This document shows positions 32,047 through 47,126 of a stretch of 64,000 bases of DNA, piece after piece. Numbering within the stretch: position 1 is the first letter of the stretch; every line of letters starts with the position of its first letter. The notes under the pieces were generated by a model. It did not search any database and was not told the origin of the DNA. It worked only from the letters and a program-made list of their open reading frames with translations. Source of the stretch: the human T2T-CHM13v2.0 reference genome, Homo sapiens; assembly GCF_009914755.1 (NCBI RefSeq), contig NC_060939.1; one strand, given 5' to 3'. A program made the position numbers and the translations under genes.

Positions 32047-33182
32047 ATTCTTCATCTAATATTTACTGTATACTTTTTCCTGTACCAGGTTTTTCACTAG
32101 GTCTTAGGGTTACAGGGATATCATTGAGAAGTCCATGGCCACAGTTCAATAAAGGGGATGAGGTACCTTCTAGCTGCTATGGAAGGTCTATTTATTTGTT
32201 AATGGAGAAGTTAGTTGCTATAAGAAACTTTTAAACTTCCTCACAAGGGGTACAATACCTCCTGCCTGCTTTTCATAGTGACGTCAGCTTTAGTGCCATC
32301 ACCAGGCATTTCTTAGGTCTGCATTTCAGAGGTCTAGTACTAATAACCTAAGCACTAAGGAAAAGACCATTGGGGTCCCTCTGAGCTATAAGGTGAAGCT
32401 AGTGCTTGGGCAGCTCTGGGTGATGAGCAGCCATTACAGTGCCTTTCCCGGTCCAGGCCAGCTCTTAGCACAAGTGACTCCTGAGGGAAATGGCTGATTA
32501 CTTGGCTCTGACTAGTATAAAATAGAACATGTTTGCTTCTTCATTCCACATAATAAATTTCTTTTTAAAAAATCACATAGGCCTTGGAGGGTTTCTAAAC
32601 ATGGCTGGTTTGATACAGAGCCATCATAAGTAGACCCAGAAAATATCCTCTCCCTGGCTTGAACATCAACAATTTTAATGAATTGGATGGGAAATGAGGT
32701 CTTAGCCAAATAGATCTCAACTGGAAATTCTAAAGTGGTGCCAATTTTGAAGGAAAATGAATAAATTTCTTCAAACAAGAGACTGCTCAACTCTTGAACA
32801 GTCATAGTTTATTACAAATATTAAAGGAGTTAAGGAGATGTAAGTTTATTAAGCCCCTATTTCCATCATTAAAAAAAAGTTTCCCCTCTTAATTTAAGTG
32901 AGTCCTGTCTCAACCTTTTTGACATTTATAATACAAAACACTCCATTGTAAATACTCAAATGATGGTATAAATATAGGGAATTTCTCCCTATTTTAGACA
33001 GTACTTTCCTTTTAACTTAGGGTTTAGCAAATCAAAGAAAACAGGTATGTATGTAGCCATGGAAGCATTCAGAGTTGCCTCCCCTGCATATTCTCTGTTT
33101 GACTCATTTTTTCTATAGACGTTCCACAGGAAAAGGAGTGTTCCAACTAAAAACCAAAAAACTATCCAAATTCAATTATTCA

Positions 33183-34220
<1,038 letters not shown>

Positions 34221-35854
34221 CTCTATGAACAAGTATAGAGGCTTTCTGGTCTCCAGACTTAAAATGATACCTCTTATAGTCATCTCTCAGTCTGAGATGT
34301 CCAGAAATGGGTATCTTAGAGTGACCCACAGTTGTTACCAAAAATCTCAATTCAACCATCACATGTATTCTCAGAAATGCCAGATTCATCTGCTTGGCTA
34401 GCACAGATTTATTCTTGGATATAGACTGCTATAGGGAAATGTTGTGATGTCTGAAATAACAACACTCTCGCCTTGATACTTTCCCCAGAAAACATTTCTT
34501 TTGCTCACTCTCTTGGAACATTTTCCCTGGGGAAATCTATAAGTCAAGCATAACAGGTTATGACATATCCATGTCAATGGGTAACTGAATACATTTTAGG
34601 AATAAATTGTCATTACCTATCATGCCTTAATGTTCATGTAAATCAAAGAAACTACTTTCCACTTAAAACACACAGAAACTATTATTTTTCCTTTTCTTCT
34701 CAAGAGCTATGGTGTACTACTCTGGAGTAGGAATATTACTAGAGTAGCTTGAGGATTTGTTTGTTTCTGAGAAAAATCATTACAAAGAAATGGGCACTTA
34801 TTTAAAATGTTCTTAAACACATGGAGAATATATTCAACTGCATTGTCAAAAAACTAAACCAAAACTGTAAGAGATTACAAAAAGAAATGATAAATAACTG
34901 CAAGATTAAAAAAGAAGACAACAATGACTGCAGCATGCTTAAGTTCAAAGCAAAAGAAATTTGATAATTCAAATAAATACAAATATTGATGGGAAAATAC
35001 TAACTTTTTACCTTTTAATAAAAATGAGTGAATCCAGAAAATTCAAAAAAATGTGATCACTAACAAATTTAGTAAGCACCTTTCCTTCAAACAGATAGGG
35101 GAGGAAACGAAGTGACTGGATGTATGAAGTAACTAAGCCAGAAAAGTTCCTTCAAATACTACCTATTATTGAACAAGAAAAAACAGACATAAAATTCTTA
35201 TTAAAATTTCACTAAAAAACAATTATCAAACATCTGCTATGGAAAGTAACTGTGCTAGATTACATGAAGCTCATGAAGATGAGAAGGACTTATCTAAAAG
35301 CTCTCATGATTTATACATCCTTAAATAACAAAAGGTAGCCCCTGAAGATTTGGATTTTTACAGCTTGTTAAAGTGGTTAAACTATGTATATTTTTTATGT
35401 CTATATTACATACATATCTTATACATTGCAGAATAAAATCCCCAAAGCTTATTCATTTACAAAGCAAAAAATAAGATTATTGAGAATGGGTGGGAGGGGA
35501 GTCAATCTAAAACCTTTGCTAAAGGCAAATGCTGAATAGCTGAATGCTTTCCAATCAAACTTTTAAAAAATTCAAAAGGCATGATAACTGTTTTTTCAAA
35601 TGTGGTTTCCTTCTTTTTCTCTACAAAGAAAATATCTTTTCAAATTCTTTATCCTGTAATCTTTTATTCCCCCTAAGGGTTTAAATAATACCATGTAGCC
35701 CTATACTGGCTTAAATTATCAGACCCTGCCATTTATCCTAAACTTAGATGAACTAGAGAGGATTACTTCAAAAGGAGTTTTTATATAAAAATGTCATAGA
35801 GGACTTCCTATAAAATACTTCAAAGACCACAAGTAAAAGTATGTTACTGTCCTA

Positions 35855-37552
35855 TAATTCACATAGAATCTCAAGAATCCCAGAGTCAAAACAATCTTAT
35901 AAAAGAAAAGCAAATTGATGTCTCACATTTCCTGATTTCAAAACTTACTAGAAAGCTACCATAATCAAAACAGTGTGGTACTGTACTGCATAAGAACAGA
36001 CATATAGACCAAAGGAATAAAATAGAGCCCAGAAATAAAACATTATGCTATGAGAAATAAGCCAATGGCCAAATTATTTTTCAACAAGAATGCCAAGACC
36101 ATTTAATGGGTAAAGGAAGTCTTTTCAACAAATGGCTTTGGGATATCCACATGCAAAAGAATAAACTTGGATCCTTATGTTATACAATATACAAAAATTA
36201 ATTCAAAGTGCATCAAAGATCTACATATAGGAGCCCAAACTATAAAACTCTTAGAAGAAAACATAGGGAAAAAATTTCATGCCATTAGATTTGGAAATTT
36301 CTTAGACCACCAAAGCAAAAACAGATAAATTGGACTTCATCAAAATTAACAAAGGGCACTATCAAAGTCTGCCAAAGGACATAATCAACAGAGTAAAAGG
36401 CAAGCCACAGAATGGGAGAAAATATTTGCAAATCACATATCTAATAAGCAATTGACATTCAGATATATAGAGAACTCCTATAACCCAATAACAAAAAACA
36501 TCCCAATTAAAAAATAGGTAAAGGACTTGAATAGATATTTCTCCATCAAAGATAAACAGATGGCCAATAAGCACACGAAAAGATATTCAAAATCACTAAT
36601 CCATTAGGAAAATGCAAATCAAAATTACAGTGAGATACCACTTCACACCTATTTGGATGACTATTATCAAAAAAAAACCCAAAACAAGGTAACAAATGTT
36701 GTCAAGGATATGGAGAAATTAGAATGCCTGCACTTTCCTCGTGGGAATGTAAAATGGTGCAGCCACTGTGGAAAATAGTATAGTGGCTCCTCAAAAAAGT
36801 AAACATAAAAGTATCATATGATCCAGCAATTGAGCTGGGTGCTGGTCTACCTGGCCTGTAGTCCCAACTAAGTGGAAGGCTGAAGCAAGATGATCCATTG
36901 GAGCCAAGGAGTTCAAGGCCAGCCTGGGCAACATTGAACTTGTCTCTTAAACAATAAAACAAAACCCATCTGGGTAAGTATACCCATATGATAACTATAC
37001 CCATATGATCTAGCAATTGCACTTCTGGGTATATACCCAAAAGAACTGAAAGCAGGGACTTCAATGGATATTTGTACACCCATGTTCATAGCAGTATTAT
37101 TCACAATAGGCAAATAGTGGAAACAATCCAAATGTCCATTGACTGATGGATAAACAAAATGTGGTATATACACAAAATGGAATATTGCTCAGCCTTGAAA
37201 GGAAATGGAATATTATTCAGTCTTAAAAAGGAAGGCAATTCTAACTCATGCTACAAGATGGATGGACCTTGACAACACTATTCTTGGTGGAATAAGCCAG
37301 ACACAAAAGGACGAATATTGTATGATTACACTTATATGAGGTATCTAGAATAAATTCACAGAGACAGAAAATAGAATGGGGAGCTACTATTTAATGGATA
37401 CAGAGTTTCAGTTTGGGAAGATTTAAAAGTGCTGGGGATGAATGGCAGTGATGTTAGCACAACAATGTGAATGTTGTTAATGCCACTGTACTTTATACCT
37501 AAAAATGGTTAAAATGCTTATGTTATATATATATTTTACCACAACTAAAAAA
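35855..37552 (+). mobile_element. L1MB-type (L1MB3-like) ORF2 end and 3' UTR
   Basis: cctgatttcaaaacttactagaaagctaccataatcaaaacagtgtggtactg...aatgccactg...atattttaccacaact. Confidence 0.88.
36833..36964 (+). mobile_element. FLAM_A-like Alu monomer nested in L1MB
   Basis: gcctgtagtcccaacta...ggagttcaaggccagcctgggcaacat; flanking repeat catatgatc(c/t)agcaattg at 36815-36832 and 37002-37019. Confidence 0.8.
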
Positions 37553-38049
37553 AGTGAAGCATGTGACTGAGGCTATAAAGGAATAAGAAAATAAAACTTT
37601 TTATCTCCTTTAATTTTGTTTGAATTTCCAAACCCAATTTTAAATTAAGAGTTCATATATGCATTCTTTGTCTTCCAAAATTTGACAGTACTGTGTTTTA
37701 CAATCTGTCCTTGTCATAAAGGGTTTGTAGGTATATGGGATTATGTACGTATATATAACAATGATCAGTTCTCGTGTGTGCCTAAAACACCTGAATTCTA
37801 CATTTGCAACCCAAATAAATGATAGCTTTGAGAAAACACTCCATTTTTGTATGTGTATCTACATTTCTAAATCTACCTTTGAAGTAATCAGAAATGGAAA
37901 GTTTACATTTCTCTACTCAAAAGTTGATGGGAGAGGTCCAAAAGGCAGTTGACTACTCAGATCTGGGGCTTACAAGAGAAAATGAGACTAGGAAAAGACG
38001 TTTAGGAGTCTTCAGACATAGGAGTATTATTTTGTACCACTTTCTGGTA

Positions 38050-38215
38050 TGCTTATTGTTTGTATACTTGTCTCTTTCTCCATAATAGATTATACACTCT
38101 TAAAAGGCAATGAAACACCTCACTCAGCTATTTGTTCCATGCAGCATTAGCACATCATTTTTAACAGAACAGGTAGGTCTTCAATAAATTTTTTAAAAAT
38201 TGAACTGAATTGAGT
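38050..38215 (+). mobile_element. L2 3' end
   Basis: cttgtctctttctccataatagattatacactcttaaaaggca...ttcaataaattttt...tgaactgaattga. Confidence 0.6.
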
Positions 38216-41200
38216 CCTAGACAGAGAACCCTCAAGTCTTTCTCCAGCTGGTCTACCTAGATGTGAAATTTATGAATTTCCTCTAAATCTTGGCTAATCA
38301 TTTTGGTTCATTTGCAAATGGAAGGTCAGAGGTTTGCGACTAGGCCATAATGCCTATATTTCAGTCTCCATTTTACTATATGAGCATCATTCAATAAATA
38401 ATACAAATGAGATTTTTTTTGTTGTTGTTCATTTGGCACCATACTCTCCTTGCATACCTACCCCACTGAGGATCATGGCATAGAGATTCACAGCCAAAAA
38501 TAAGGCAGGAGGTCAAGGAAGGCTCCTTATGCAGGAAGGATATTCCCTCCTTCCCTTTTGGGAACACTTCAACTAACCCTATTTTAGTTTGGCTGCTTTG
38601 CCTCATTTCTAAAAAAAATTCATTACACTCCATAGCCCTTCCCTTGATGCCCTAGTTAATTAAGTTTACATAATTTCCTACTGATTAGTTTTGAACAGCT
38701 TGTTCTGGATTTTCTCTCCTTTAATTTTCTGTCTTTACTGACTGCTTAAAATCCTCAACTATGAACTTGGGAAAGTCTATGTGTTACCACAAAGTTCTCT
38801 GTTACACATACAGAAAGAAAAGCAAATCGGCATTGTGATTCATAAAGAGATCTGGGATCAACTATTTCAGGAAACAGAAACTTTTAGGTGGAATCCAGTA
38901 ACAAGCCAGAAATAATAAACACCAGGAAGACACAAGTTATATTCTTTCACACACAAAAATGAACTATGGTCCAGTCGTTTACTTATATTTCACGTTTACT
39001 GAGATCCTATGGGATTCTTTCTCTGTGCTTTGGAACTCAGAGGATTAATAAAAAGAATTATTAATATGTATTTAAAATTATTGTTCAAACTGATTTATAT
39101 CCTCCTCAAATAAAATTCTGAACTGACATTTTGTCTGCATTTTGGGGCCATAAATGAATAGCTTACAAGGTAATTTAAAAATCTACCCATTTTGGCCATT
39201 TTTGTGGCTAATGTAAATTGCGACATAACCAGTGAAAGTTTCTAATAATGGAAATAGTGAAAATTAACAGGTCAGCTGTGCCACAATCTGGTCCATCTGC
39301 TACATATAGACAGCCTCAGAGGACAATGAAGAAGAAAAGTGAACCCAAAACGTCAACACCAATATCCTAAGGCCTTTCATGATCCAAGAAATGGCAATTG
39401 GCTGTGAAATTATTCTGAGACCTGCTTTTCCCAAAAATTCTTTCATTTTCTTGGTACTTTAGGGACAGTAGAACAATTTATTTTCAAAAATAAATTGAAT
39501 TTTTTATTTTTATAAATACCAAAATTCTTATGACTGTTCAAAATTTCACACAAATTCTTTCTTGCTCACATTAACTCTACAAAACAAAGGTAAGGGTCCC
39601 CATACGCCACTAGCTCATATCGGAACACAGAGGGGAAAAGTTGAGTTTAAAGGTTGCAGCAAATCTCCTTCAAAAACACTCTATCTGCTAATCGAGAATA
39701 AGTCTGCACTGGCAAAACCAAACTAATATATTTTTAAATGTATTCTCAAATGACTTTTCTGGTGGTGAGATACTCTCCACCCCATATATTGAACTATGCT
39801 AGGTCAGCCAGTATTCTTGCTATGTGACAATCAGTCCTCCTCCCTGGAGAGACCAGGTGTTTGATTTCTGGTGATTTTGTCCATAATTGACAGCCAAATA
39901 TGCTGTTTTGTACAAATTGCATTCAGTATTCTTTCATTTCTATTGAAGACTCCCTTGTTTTATATGCCAAGAAATTCTATGAGACAGGAAGTTCCTTTAA
40001 AATTTGTTTTAAAAAATCAGTTTCCACAAACAGTCTGAAGATATTTTTTTAACTCAGACATACATAATCATTTCCTAAAAGCATAGCTGAAGGTCATATT
40101 ACACAGTGATGAGATGTCAAGGAAAGGAATACATACATTTCAATTTGCAAGCTCACAAATAAATGTTGGTACTTAGAGGAAAAAAATCACAGGCTTGGGA
40201 ATGAAAGATAAGATATGAAACACTAGCTAATTGGCTAATTCACAAGGATAGCTTCTCCTTGGAACAAGCATAATTCCTATTATGATAAGCACTTTGCAGG
40301 TGTACTGAAGGAAGAAGAGATAAAGTTTGCCAATTAAGTCAGTGTTTTCCCAAGTGAATTCTGACTCCAACAATGGTACCAAAGGAGTGTGATGCAATTA
40401 TGAACCTAAATTTCACAGGATTTTGTGCTGAAAATACTCTGTACGTGATTCACTGAAAGTGCTCATAATTCATGACAAGCTTCTCAAACACTTTCTGATT
40501 ATATGCCTTAAAAGACAGATTAAAATGCCCTTCTTTTACCTTTGGACCTCAGTGGTCATATATAAATATCACAGGATATTTCATGTGATTTTTAGAAAGT
40601 GAAAAGAGAACTGGAAATATGCAAATATCCTACTCTCTTTGGTATGCTAGGAAGAAGATGAAGACATGTAATCTCACAGGACAAATCTATATGGTCCCAT
40701 TTCTTCTAAATGCATCCACTAAAGCAAGAAAATTTATTTGATAAACTCCTCTTAAAATATTTAAAACAAGGATCAAGATTAGATTTCATTTTCTCATGCC
40801 AGTCTTGCATGGTTACTAATTGTAATATTTTAATGCTATGTGTTTAAATTTGGAGGACAGAATTGCTGTCCATTCATAGTCTGGAACAATTGTTTCTAAC
40901 CTCTGTGATCCTGCTCAAGCTTCACTACTGGCTGATATACACCTAGCCGAGCTTCAACTGAACCCAGGATTTTTTCCCCCACTGCTTTTATTTCATTGTT
41001 CTTGAATGTCTTACTGCTTTTACTGTTATTGATGTTAGAAGTTACAATGCCTTGCTGTTTAATGCATTTGTTGTTTGTGTTAACCATTCAAGACGCTGAG
41101 ATAAAAGTGGACTTGGAATAAAACGGGACACATGGGATCAAACTATGGAAATAATAAAACATTCAAAAACAATGATAAAAGCAAACAGAGAAAAGACATA

Positions 41201-41499
41201 AAGACATACACAGTTTAAAAGCCATTGTGTGTTAAATCAGTGGTTCATTCAGTTCAATATCTTCTTTCTGTCAGCAGCACCAGGGTAAGTTTTGTAGTAA
41301 AGCTTGTCATTTGTACTGTTTGATCTTATCCTCAAAAGGCTTGAAAGGTATCCTGAACATACCTACCTTTCATTAATAATACATTAAGGATGTGGTCATA
41401 ACCTAGTCTTGGACCTGTCAGTTTTTCCATCCAGTAAATTATTTTTATCTTAATTATTAAAATGAATAATTCCATTATTTGTCTTAAAACAATAGGGAA

Positions 41500-41620
41500 T
41501 CTAGTTCCAACTCTGCCACTGACTGGCTATTTGACCTTGGGCAATGTTTAATAACCTCTGTATCTGAATGTCCCACCTATATAATGAGGCGGCTAATCTC
41601 AAATTTTATGTTTTGACTAC
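41500..41620 (+). mobile_element. MIR fragment
   Basis: tctagttccaactctgccactgactggctatttgaccttgggcaa...aacctct. Confidence 0.7.
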
Positions 41621-41724
41621 CAAATTTCAAGAAGATGATAACACACCTATCTTTACATTATACATACCCCCTGTTTTGCAAGCTGTAAACTTCTTCTCCC
41701 TTTGTTTTCTCTAGCCTTCAAAGA

Positions 41725-42110
41725 ATCAATCTCTCATGGTAGAAAGAGACCGCAGAAATCACCTAATACAACCCATGGGATGCCTGAATCACCATTACAG
41801 AATTCCCCACTACCAGTCATCTTGCTCCTGTTTGGATACTATTATTGTTGGAGAGTTTTATGAACTCCCGAGGCAGCCCACTTTATTTTCAACTAATGCC
41901 AACTGTTAGAAATTCTTCTGATATGAATTCAGATATAAATGTTGATATAAATCTATCTCCTTGCAACTTCCTGGTTCTTCCCTCTGGGGCAACACAGCAC
42001 AGACTTAAACCTTTTTTGTATATTATCCACATGATAGACCTTCTAATACTGGAGGAAGCTGTCACATTCTTATAAGTTTTCTCTCTTCTCCAGGCTAATA
42101 ATCCTTTAGC
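41725..42110 (-). mobile_element. L3/CR1 relic
   Basis: gaggcagcccacttta...actgttagaaattcttc...ctggttcttccctctggggcaacacag...tcttctccaggctaa. Confidence 0.6.
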
Positions 42111-43189
42111 TTTTATTCCATTGAATTGTACACTTTAAATTTAAATTGTACACTTTAAATGGTATGTGTTGTATCTCAAATTTGTTTTTTAAAAAGAACT
42201 ATAGAAATGTAAGACACTTCAATTGTTATATCTCTAGTGAAAAACTGACAGCAGCTCCAACAATACATCCCTGAGCTATGAAACTCAGAGGCCACCATTC
42301 CCCATGGGCAATTATAATTCTGCCAAAAGATCGTGACTTTGATATACAATCTGGGGAAGCAATCTGGGGGTGTGGTATAAACCACATCCAGATATCATTA
42401 CACACAAATGACTGTGATCTGAGCACCAAGAGATTTACCTATGGAAATCTAATATGGCTACCAGGAAATGTTCCCCTACGTACAAACTTCACTCAGCAGC
42501 TGTCATTTATATAGATTCTTATTTGGCAATTGCAACAATCAGTTTGTTGTGAATTTTAAAAGGTGAACAGGTATTCCAAATAAACAATGTGGTTTGGAGA
42601 ATATTCATTAAATAGATATTATATAAGCACTATGTTCTAGAGCCTAGGAATATAAAGATACACTGAACTCACTTCTAGCCCTAACTCCTATTTGAGAAGC
42701 AAAGTGGAAAGACAGGAGATTAGACAAGAAATATAAAAAAGACTTATTTCTGTCAATAGGGTAGACCAGATAACCTAAAAAGCCTCTGCCAACAAAACTC
42801 AAAGAAACTTCAGAATAAAATATAGCAAACATTTTTTAAAAATACATAGCTAAGTTTTCAAGAAGATAAGGCAACGACTCATAGGTCAAAGTAGAAAAAT
42901 TAAGTAAGAAAACAGAAGAGAAAGCAAATGACCTGATACTATGGCAGCCCTGTGGGTGGTTAGGATGCCAATACTGGTCTTGATAAGGAGCCACATAGGG
43001 CAAGAGAAGCCAAAGAGGGGTATCTCAAACCAAGTCTGGGCATTATCTTATAGGCATAGAGAGTTGTAAGAAAATATAAAATAGGGAAGCAATGGTTAAT
43101 TTTGCATTTTAGAAAAATTACTCTACCAGCAGTATGGCTAATGAATTTTGAGGTAACCAAACCTGAGGAAGAGAGACAAGTTAAAAGAT

Positions 43190-43390
43190 TATTAATAATC
43201 ACAAACATTTATTGAGCCCTATTATGCAATCAGAAGGCTAAGAGCTTTATATGTATTATCTCAATTATGACAACCCCATATATACATTATCCTCTATCTT
43301 ATCAATAATGAAATGGAGACTTGAAGACATTAAATAATTTGCCCAAATCACTTAGCAACTGGTTAGGTAAAATATACTAAGAGTCTGATG
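43190..43390 (-). mobile_element. MIR
   Basis: aaacatttattgagccctattatg...tgaaatggagacttgaagacattaaataatttgcccaa. Confidence 0.65.
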
Positions 43391-43574
43391 GTTTGAATGG
43401 AAATGGAAGCTTTTTTATTATCTCCTGTCATATTCAGGAGATAATTTTAAAAGGTAGAACCAAGAGGGCCTGAAGACTGCAGGAATGAGAGAAACAGAGG
43501 TGTTTAATAATGATACAAGCAATAATATCCATATGTGTTATACAATATCTATAAAATTATACAAGGGATATTAG

Positions 43575-44155
43575 AGTTTCCTCAATAAACTAAACATAGA
43601 ACTACCATATGACATAGCAATTCCACTTCTAGGAATACACTCAAAGGAATTAAAAGCAGGTGTTCAAATACTTACATATGAATGTTTATAGCAGCTCTAT
43701 TCATAACACCCAAAAGATGGAAACAACCCAAACATCCATCAACAGATGAATGGATAAACAAAATGTGGTATATTCATGCAATGAAATATTATTCAGTTGT
43801 AAAAAGGAATAAAGTATTAATACTTGATACAACATGGATGAACCTTGAAAATGTAGTATGTTAAGTGAAAGATGCCAAAGGCCACATATTAGATAATTCT
43901 ATTTATGTAAAGTATCCAGAATAGGCAAATCTACAGAGACAGAAAGCAGATTAGTGGTTGCCAGGGGCTGCAGGTAGGAGAGAAATAGGAGTGACTGCTA
44001 AGTGGGTTTCCTTTTGGGGTGATGAAAGTATTCTGGAACTAGTGAGTGATGAGGTTACATAACATTGTAAATGTACTTAATGCCACTGAATGATACACTA
44101 AAAATGGTTACATTGGTAAATTTTATATTATGTGTATTTACCACAATTTTTAAAA
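43575..44155 (+). mobile_element. L1MB-type 3' end
   Basis: aaacatagaactaccatatgac...aaaatgtggtatattcatgcaatg...aaattttatattatgtgtatttaccacaat. Confidence 0.88.
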
Positions 44156-44454
44156 GGTGAATATTGGCCTACTGATAGAGTACTTCCATGGATGGAGATA
44201 TTTAAAGAGTAGGACTGATAGGGGTGAGGGACAAAGATTAGTCTGTCATTAAAAAGTAATAATCATGGCTTTTATGAAACATTTGTATTATAAAAGGGAT
44301 ACTGACCTTAAAATAAAGCAGTACTATGGAAAGGATTTCCGTTCACTGTAAAAATCATCATCATTCATGGTCTTGATAATATAAGGGCAACACAGGACAA
44401 CAATGGCTTTATCTGTTAGAAACAGATAAAGAGGTAGTCTCTGCCCTTACCAGT

Positions 44455-44740
44455 GTTTTTTTGTTTGTTCATTCTATCACCCAGGCTAGAGTGCATGGTG
44501 CAATCTTGGCTCACTGCAACTTTCGTCTCCCAGGTTCAAGCAATTCTCATGCCTCAGCCTTCCAAGTAGCTGGGATTACAGGTGTGTGGTAACACACCTG
44601 GCTAACTTTTGTATTTTTTAGTAAAGATGGGGTTTCAGCATGTTGGCCAGGCTGGCCTCAAACTCTTGACTTCAGGTAATCCACCCCGCCACAGCCTCCC
44701 TAAATGTTGGGATTACAGGCATGAGCAACCGCGCCCGCCC
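44455..44740 (-). mobile_element. AluS
   Basis: cacccaggctagagtgca...gcatgagcaaccgcgcccgcc. Confidence 0.9.
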
Positions 44741-44904
44741 AAGTTTTAAAATAGAGTAAGTAGAACTCACAAAGAGCCCTACATTATAACACGTAATAAC
44801 ATATAAACTTAAGAGTAATGCAGTCAACATATGCAATGAATTCAGAGGAGAAAGTAGTCAAGGCAGGTTCCTTTGAAATATATGAACCAAAACATTACGG
44901 CACA

Positions 44905-45157
44905 TTCTAGTGCAGTAGTTTAAAGTATAGGTTTTCCTGCAATATTGAACTTTGGCTCCACCACATACTACCTGCCTGAACCTGTGCAAGTTACTTTTCC
45001 TCAATGTCCTTACCTGAAACATGAGAATAATAATAGAACCCATCCCAAAATTGTTGTAAGGATTAAATGAGATATACATACACATATTTATTCATTTATT
45101 TTAAATGCTTAGAATAGTGCCTGAAGCATAGAAAGTGCTCAGTAAATATCAGCTGCT
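44905..45157 (+). mobile_element. MIR
   Basis: ttgttgtaaggattaaatgagat...tagaatagtgcctg...aagtgctcagtaaatatcagct. Confidence 0.8.

Positions 45158-45202
<45 letters not shown>
45158..45202. repeat. (ATC)15 microsatellite
   Basis: 15 uninterrupted ATC units at the MIR 3' end. Confidence 0.97.
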
Positions 45203-45203
<1 letters not shown>

Positions 45204-45549
45204 CAGGCATTGAAGAAGGAGTAAATTGCATTTAGGAATAAAATTTGGTGTTCCAGCCCAGCAATGTTCAAACTCTTTGGGGAATGCAAATAAAATCAAA
45301 ATTGAAAGCCCAATAGTTACACTGAGTTGAAGTAAAACTACTCTAGCTGAAGTAATTCCTGTATGGTGAGTCACATTGTCTGAGAATTCTGTCCTGGACT
45401 TACTCAAGGAGTCATTCATTATTCAGCATTTCGTGAACATCTACCATGTGCTAGTTTTTATGCTAGGCTGAGTGTTTAGAGAGGAAAGATATAGGTCCTG
45501 TTCTCCAAGAAAGTTACATTCTAGTTGAGATAGGCAAAAACTCCCCCAA

Positions 45550-45826
45550 TTTTAAACATTTTTATTGAGATATAATTCACAATCCCACTCATTTAACATA
45601 TAAAATTCAATGGTTTTTAGTGTATTCACAGTTATGCAACCATCATCACAATCAGTTTTAGAGCATTTTCACCATTCCCGAAAGAAACCATGTGCCCATT
45701 AGCAGTCACTCCTCACTTTCCATTAACTCTCTCCCCACCAGCTCTAAGCAACCCCTAATCTACTTTGTGTCTCTATAGATTTGCCTATTCTGAACATTTA
45801 ATATAAACAGAATCATAAATATATGG
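45550..45826 (-). mobile_element. L1MB-type 3' end
   Basis: tttattgagatataattcac...aaaattcaatggtttttagtgtattcacag...tctatagatttgcctattctg. Confidence 0.85.
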
Positions 45827-46079
45827 TAAAAATCCAACAACTTTAAGACCACTCCACGATAATTATATTTATTTAAGTAATATCAGGACTTAGAAAAGAG
45901 AAATGATGCCCTGATTCTTGTTCCACATGTTTTGATTCCATGTGTGCACCTCTGACAGCTATCAACTGTTTCAGGTTATCCCTCCTCATGTTTTCTCTTC
46001 TTCCTTCCCCCAAAACCTTGGGTGTACAGAGAGGTACTCAGGACTGAAGTTAAGAGGAGAGAAAACAATACTGGAGGCT

Positions 46080-46300
46080 ATCAGTTATTCATTCCATACC
46101 ATATGCCAGGCACTATGATATACTTTATATATGTGCTCTCCTTTAATTGTCACAATAACTCTGGGAGACAAAAACTACTAGTATCTTCATTTTACAAAGG
46201 AGGAAGCTGAGATTTAGAAAGGTTAACTAGCTCGCCCAAAGGCACACAGCCAGTGATGTCAGAGATGGGATCTGAACCCTGTTCAGTCTGACTACAAAGC
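46080..46300 (-). mobile_element. MIR
   Basis: cattttacaaaggaggaagctgagatttagaaaggttaactagctcgcccaaaggcacacagc...tgaaccc. Confidence 0.85.
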
Positions 46301-46835
46301 CGTAAGACCCTAAGCCCCTAAACTGTTAAGCTCTTTCACTCAGTAGTGGTTTTCTCCTGACCCAGTCAAAGTGGCTTATTCTTCAAGGAACTCCTTAATG
46401 TATAATATAAATGGATTCTTAATATTGCTGATAAACTTTCATATTTATTCTCTATTTTACAGACTTACATTAAAAACTCAGGTTTCAAGAGAAAATAAAA
46501 GTTGGCCAGCAGACTGATATAATAGAAAGAATTTATCAGCACAGGAGGGGACAGAAAGATGGTGACTCTGTGTCTCCAGATCTATCCATGTTTCTCACAT
46601 TTGTTTGCCCTCCCTTTTCCCACTCTACAGCATGAATGTACTTTATAACCTCAGACATGCTTTTAAATCTTTGTGAGTCCATTTTTATATATAGAACAAG
46701 AAAATAAACACCACATAAAACTATTAACGATGGTTTTAAGTATATGTGTAATGTGGAACTGACCACTCCTTGTCAGTACCAGAGTTTCCAGGAGATAAAC
46801 AGGCATGTCTGCTTGTCCTTTAAAAAGTTTTTCAG

Positions 46836-47126
<291 letters not shown>

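Noticed and set aside
42176-42514. Three overlapping short ORFs in unique sequence
   Set aside because: No recognisable protein similarity and no convincing paired splice sites
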